Shown here: in pieces, positions 25,207 to 26,831 of the stretch | How the letters are laid out: each line of letters starts with the position of its first letter | Position numbering within the stretch: the stretch's first letter is position 1 | From: Vitrella brassicaformis CCMP3155 | Lineage: Eukaryota > Protista > Chromerida | Length of the DNA: 26,831 nucleotides | Direction of reading: 5' to 3' | Assembly (NCBI GenBank): GCA_001179505.1 | Contig: CDMY01000727.1 | Location: 1-26,831 of the forward strand | Position numbers and translations under genes: made by a program | Notes under the pieces: model-generated | Seen by the model: the letters and a program-made list of their open reading frames with translations, nothing else | Database searches by the model: none | Told to the model about the DNA's origin: nothing

Positions 25207-26186
25207 ATGTATAATCTGTATGCGGCTGTGCTGCTGGCCCTTTCCTCTGTTGGCCTGGTCAGCGGTGGCTGCATCGACCGAGACCCCGCCGAGTGGCCGG
25301 TGCACGACATATCGGAGCTGCGGAAGAGATCAGAGAAGGAGCTGTCCGCCATATTCGCAAAAGGCACGCGCACGTGACGCCCACACACACCGACCAACAA
25401 ACCGCCAGCCAGCCAGCCAGCCATCCGTCCGCGCGTGTGTGTGTGCAGGTTGTGTGGAGGATGAGAGTTTTATGTTGGGGACCAAGTACTTCGAGATGAT
25501 CTGGGTGGACCTGCCGGAGCCCTTCCGGTCGGCCTACACGGGGCTGTTCAACCTGGCCTGGCAGGGCTTCTTCGTACAGAAGACTGTCTGCAAAGGTGAA
25601 GACCTCTACTTCTACTTCGTCCTCCTCAACCCGTTCGACGGCGGCAAGGTGTGTAACCGTGCGAAGCGAAGCGAAGCAACACGACGAGGGCGACGCGGGC
25701 GGCATGTTTGTGTGTGTGCCATGCAGATATTTGGTAGCCAGTATGGCTGGTTCACTGCGAAGCTGACGAAGGGTCAGCTGCCGGACGAAAAGCAGCGGAT
25801 CGATGACGCTCCTTCTTACCTGTTCGACTACCGCATCACCAAGGAGGAGTGCCCAGACCAAGTCTCGCCATTCGGCCGGCTGGTCCGTGCATGAGACCCA
25901 CACACAGACACACACACACACACACGCACACAGAGGCAGAGAGAGAGATATATATAGAGCAGTGTGTGCCGTGTCTTGATTGGTGGATGTGTGTGTGCAG
26001 AAGTACCCCTTCGACAACCCTCCAATCCTCAACACGGTGTTGGACGAGGGGCGGATCGTGGGCATCGACAAGGAGAACAGGCCCATCATACTCATCCGCA
26101 TATTCTTCGAAGTCATGCCCGGCAAGTTCGTCCTGTGGGAACACGGCCTCATGCTCGGCAACCCTCTCGACGGTGGCACCGCCTGA
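25207..26186 (+). CDS. Secreted hypothetical protein, about 225 aa, with signal peptide
   Basis: Exons 25207-25363, 25449-25648, 25727-25861 and 26001-26186 splice in phase; the first intron has a GC donor. The N-terminus MYNLYAAVLLALSSVGLVSG is a typical signal peptide. The mature part is aromatic/beta-rich. Confidence 0.75.
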
Positions 26187-26491
26187 CTGACCCTACTGAC
26201 CAATTGATGCCTGGATGGATACATGGATGAGTGCACTGCAGTGCAATGCAGTGCAGTGCAGTGCAAAGCAGGAAATGCTATTTTGAGGCTTGTTTTAGCC
26301 ATTGAAAACACGTTTAGACCCTCTTTACTTAGCTGACACTTGACCAACACGGTCGATGCAGCTGCTCGTGCAGGGTGGTGCTGAGGGGGTGGTGCGTGGG
26401 AGTGGCAGTGACTACGTGAGACGACAGACGGGGATGACATTCATGGATGCATCACATGGGGCCAACCGGTCTGTTGTGTGCACACGCAGAT

Positions 26492-26622
26492 GATCTCTCT
26501 CTCTGTCTGGTCAGACAAGGGCATGGTCACCTGAATGATCTGTCCGTCCTGCCCTTGCTCAGCACCGCTTCCATCTTGCTCTTTGCCAGCATCGCGACTG
26601 TGTTGGATATCGACGTCGAGGA
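26492..26622. repeat. 131-bp direct repeat, copy 2 (gene fragment), abutting a poly-T tract
   Basis: Near-identical to 24666-24796. Similarity stops abruptly at tcgagga, which is followed by the T tract. Confidence 0.95.
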
Positions 26623-26650
26623 TTTTTTTTTATTTTTTTCTTTTTTTTTT
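26623..26650. repeat. Poly-T tract (poly-A on the minus strand), 28 nt with two interruptions
   Basis: T9-A-T7-C-T10, the only long A/T homopolymer in an otherwise GC-rich window. Confidence 0.9.
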
Positions 26651-26831
26651 AAGGAGAGATAATTGACAGATGGCATCCATGCACTCGCTTGTCCAAATCG
26701 CCTCCATGAATCTATCCACATATGCCTATGCACAAAGGGCACGCTCACTCATCCGATGAGAACACCCTAGCCCCGTCCATCACCCCAACACCACGCCATG
26801 ACTGCCTCCCGCCCCTCAAACACAGGCTAGC

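Noticed and set aside
25259-26440. 393-aa minus-strand ORF
   Set aside because: It is antisense to the secreted-protein gene and includes translated microsatellites (CVCVCV, LHCTALHC).

Overview
Intron-rich, GC-rich eukaryotic nuclear DNA with compact intergenic spacers and GT/CA/GACA/CCAT microsatellites in introns. The style and gene content suggest a free-living alveolate such as the chromerid Vitrella brassicaformis (inference, not searched). Hand-splicing the ORF fragments gives about ten protein genes. In order they are: a Lys/Asp-rich hypothetical (+), a 22-exon gene fusing an S1-S4 voltage-sensor-like domain (no pore) to a class I cyclic-nucleotide phosphodiesterase (-), a RING-H2 protein (-), a START lipid-transfer protein (-), a TMEM144-like DMT transporter (+), an E2F transcription factor (+), a Pro/Gln-rich coiled-coil protein with C-terminal SH3 (-), a DHX35-like DEAH helicase whose motif II reads DDAH (+), an OB-fold plus SAM-methyltransferase fusion (-), and a small secreted protein (+). 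The best candidate for an undescribed system is the voltage-sensor/phosphodiesterase fusion, a putative voltage-sensing PDE. Other points of interest are the OB-fold methyltransferase, introns bracketed by complementary AC...GT repeats, three GC-AG introns, three head-to-head gene pairs, a 131-bp duplication next to a poly-T tract, and apparent 1-bp deletions that may be assembly errors. No rRNA, tRNA, CRISPR array or intact mobile element was recognised. All exon models are manual and lack transcript support.
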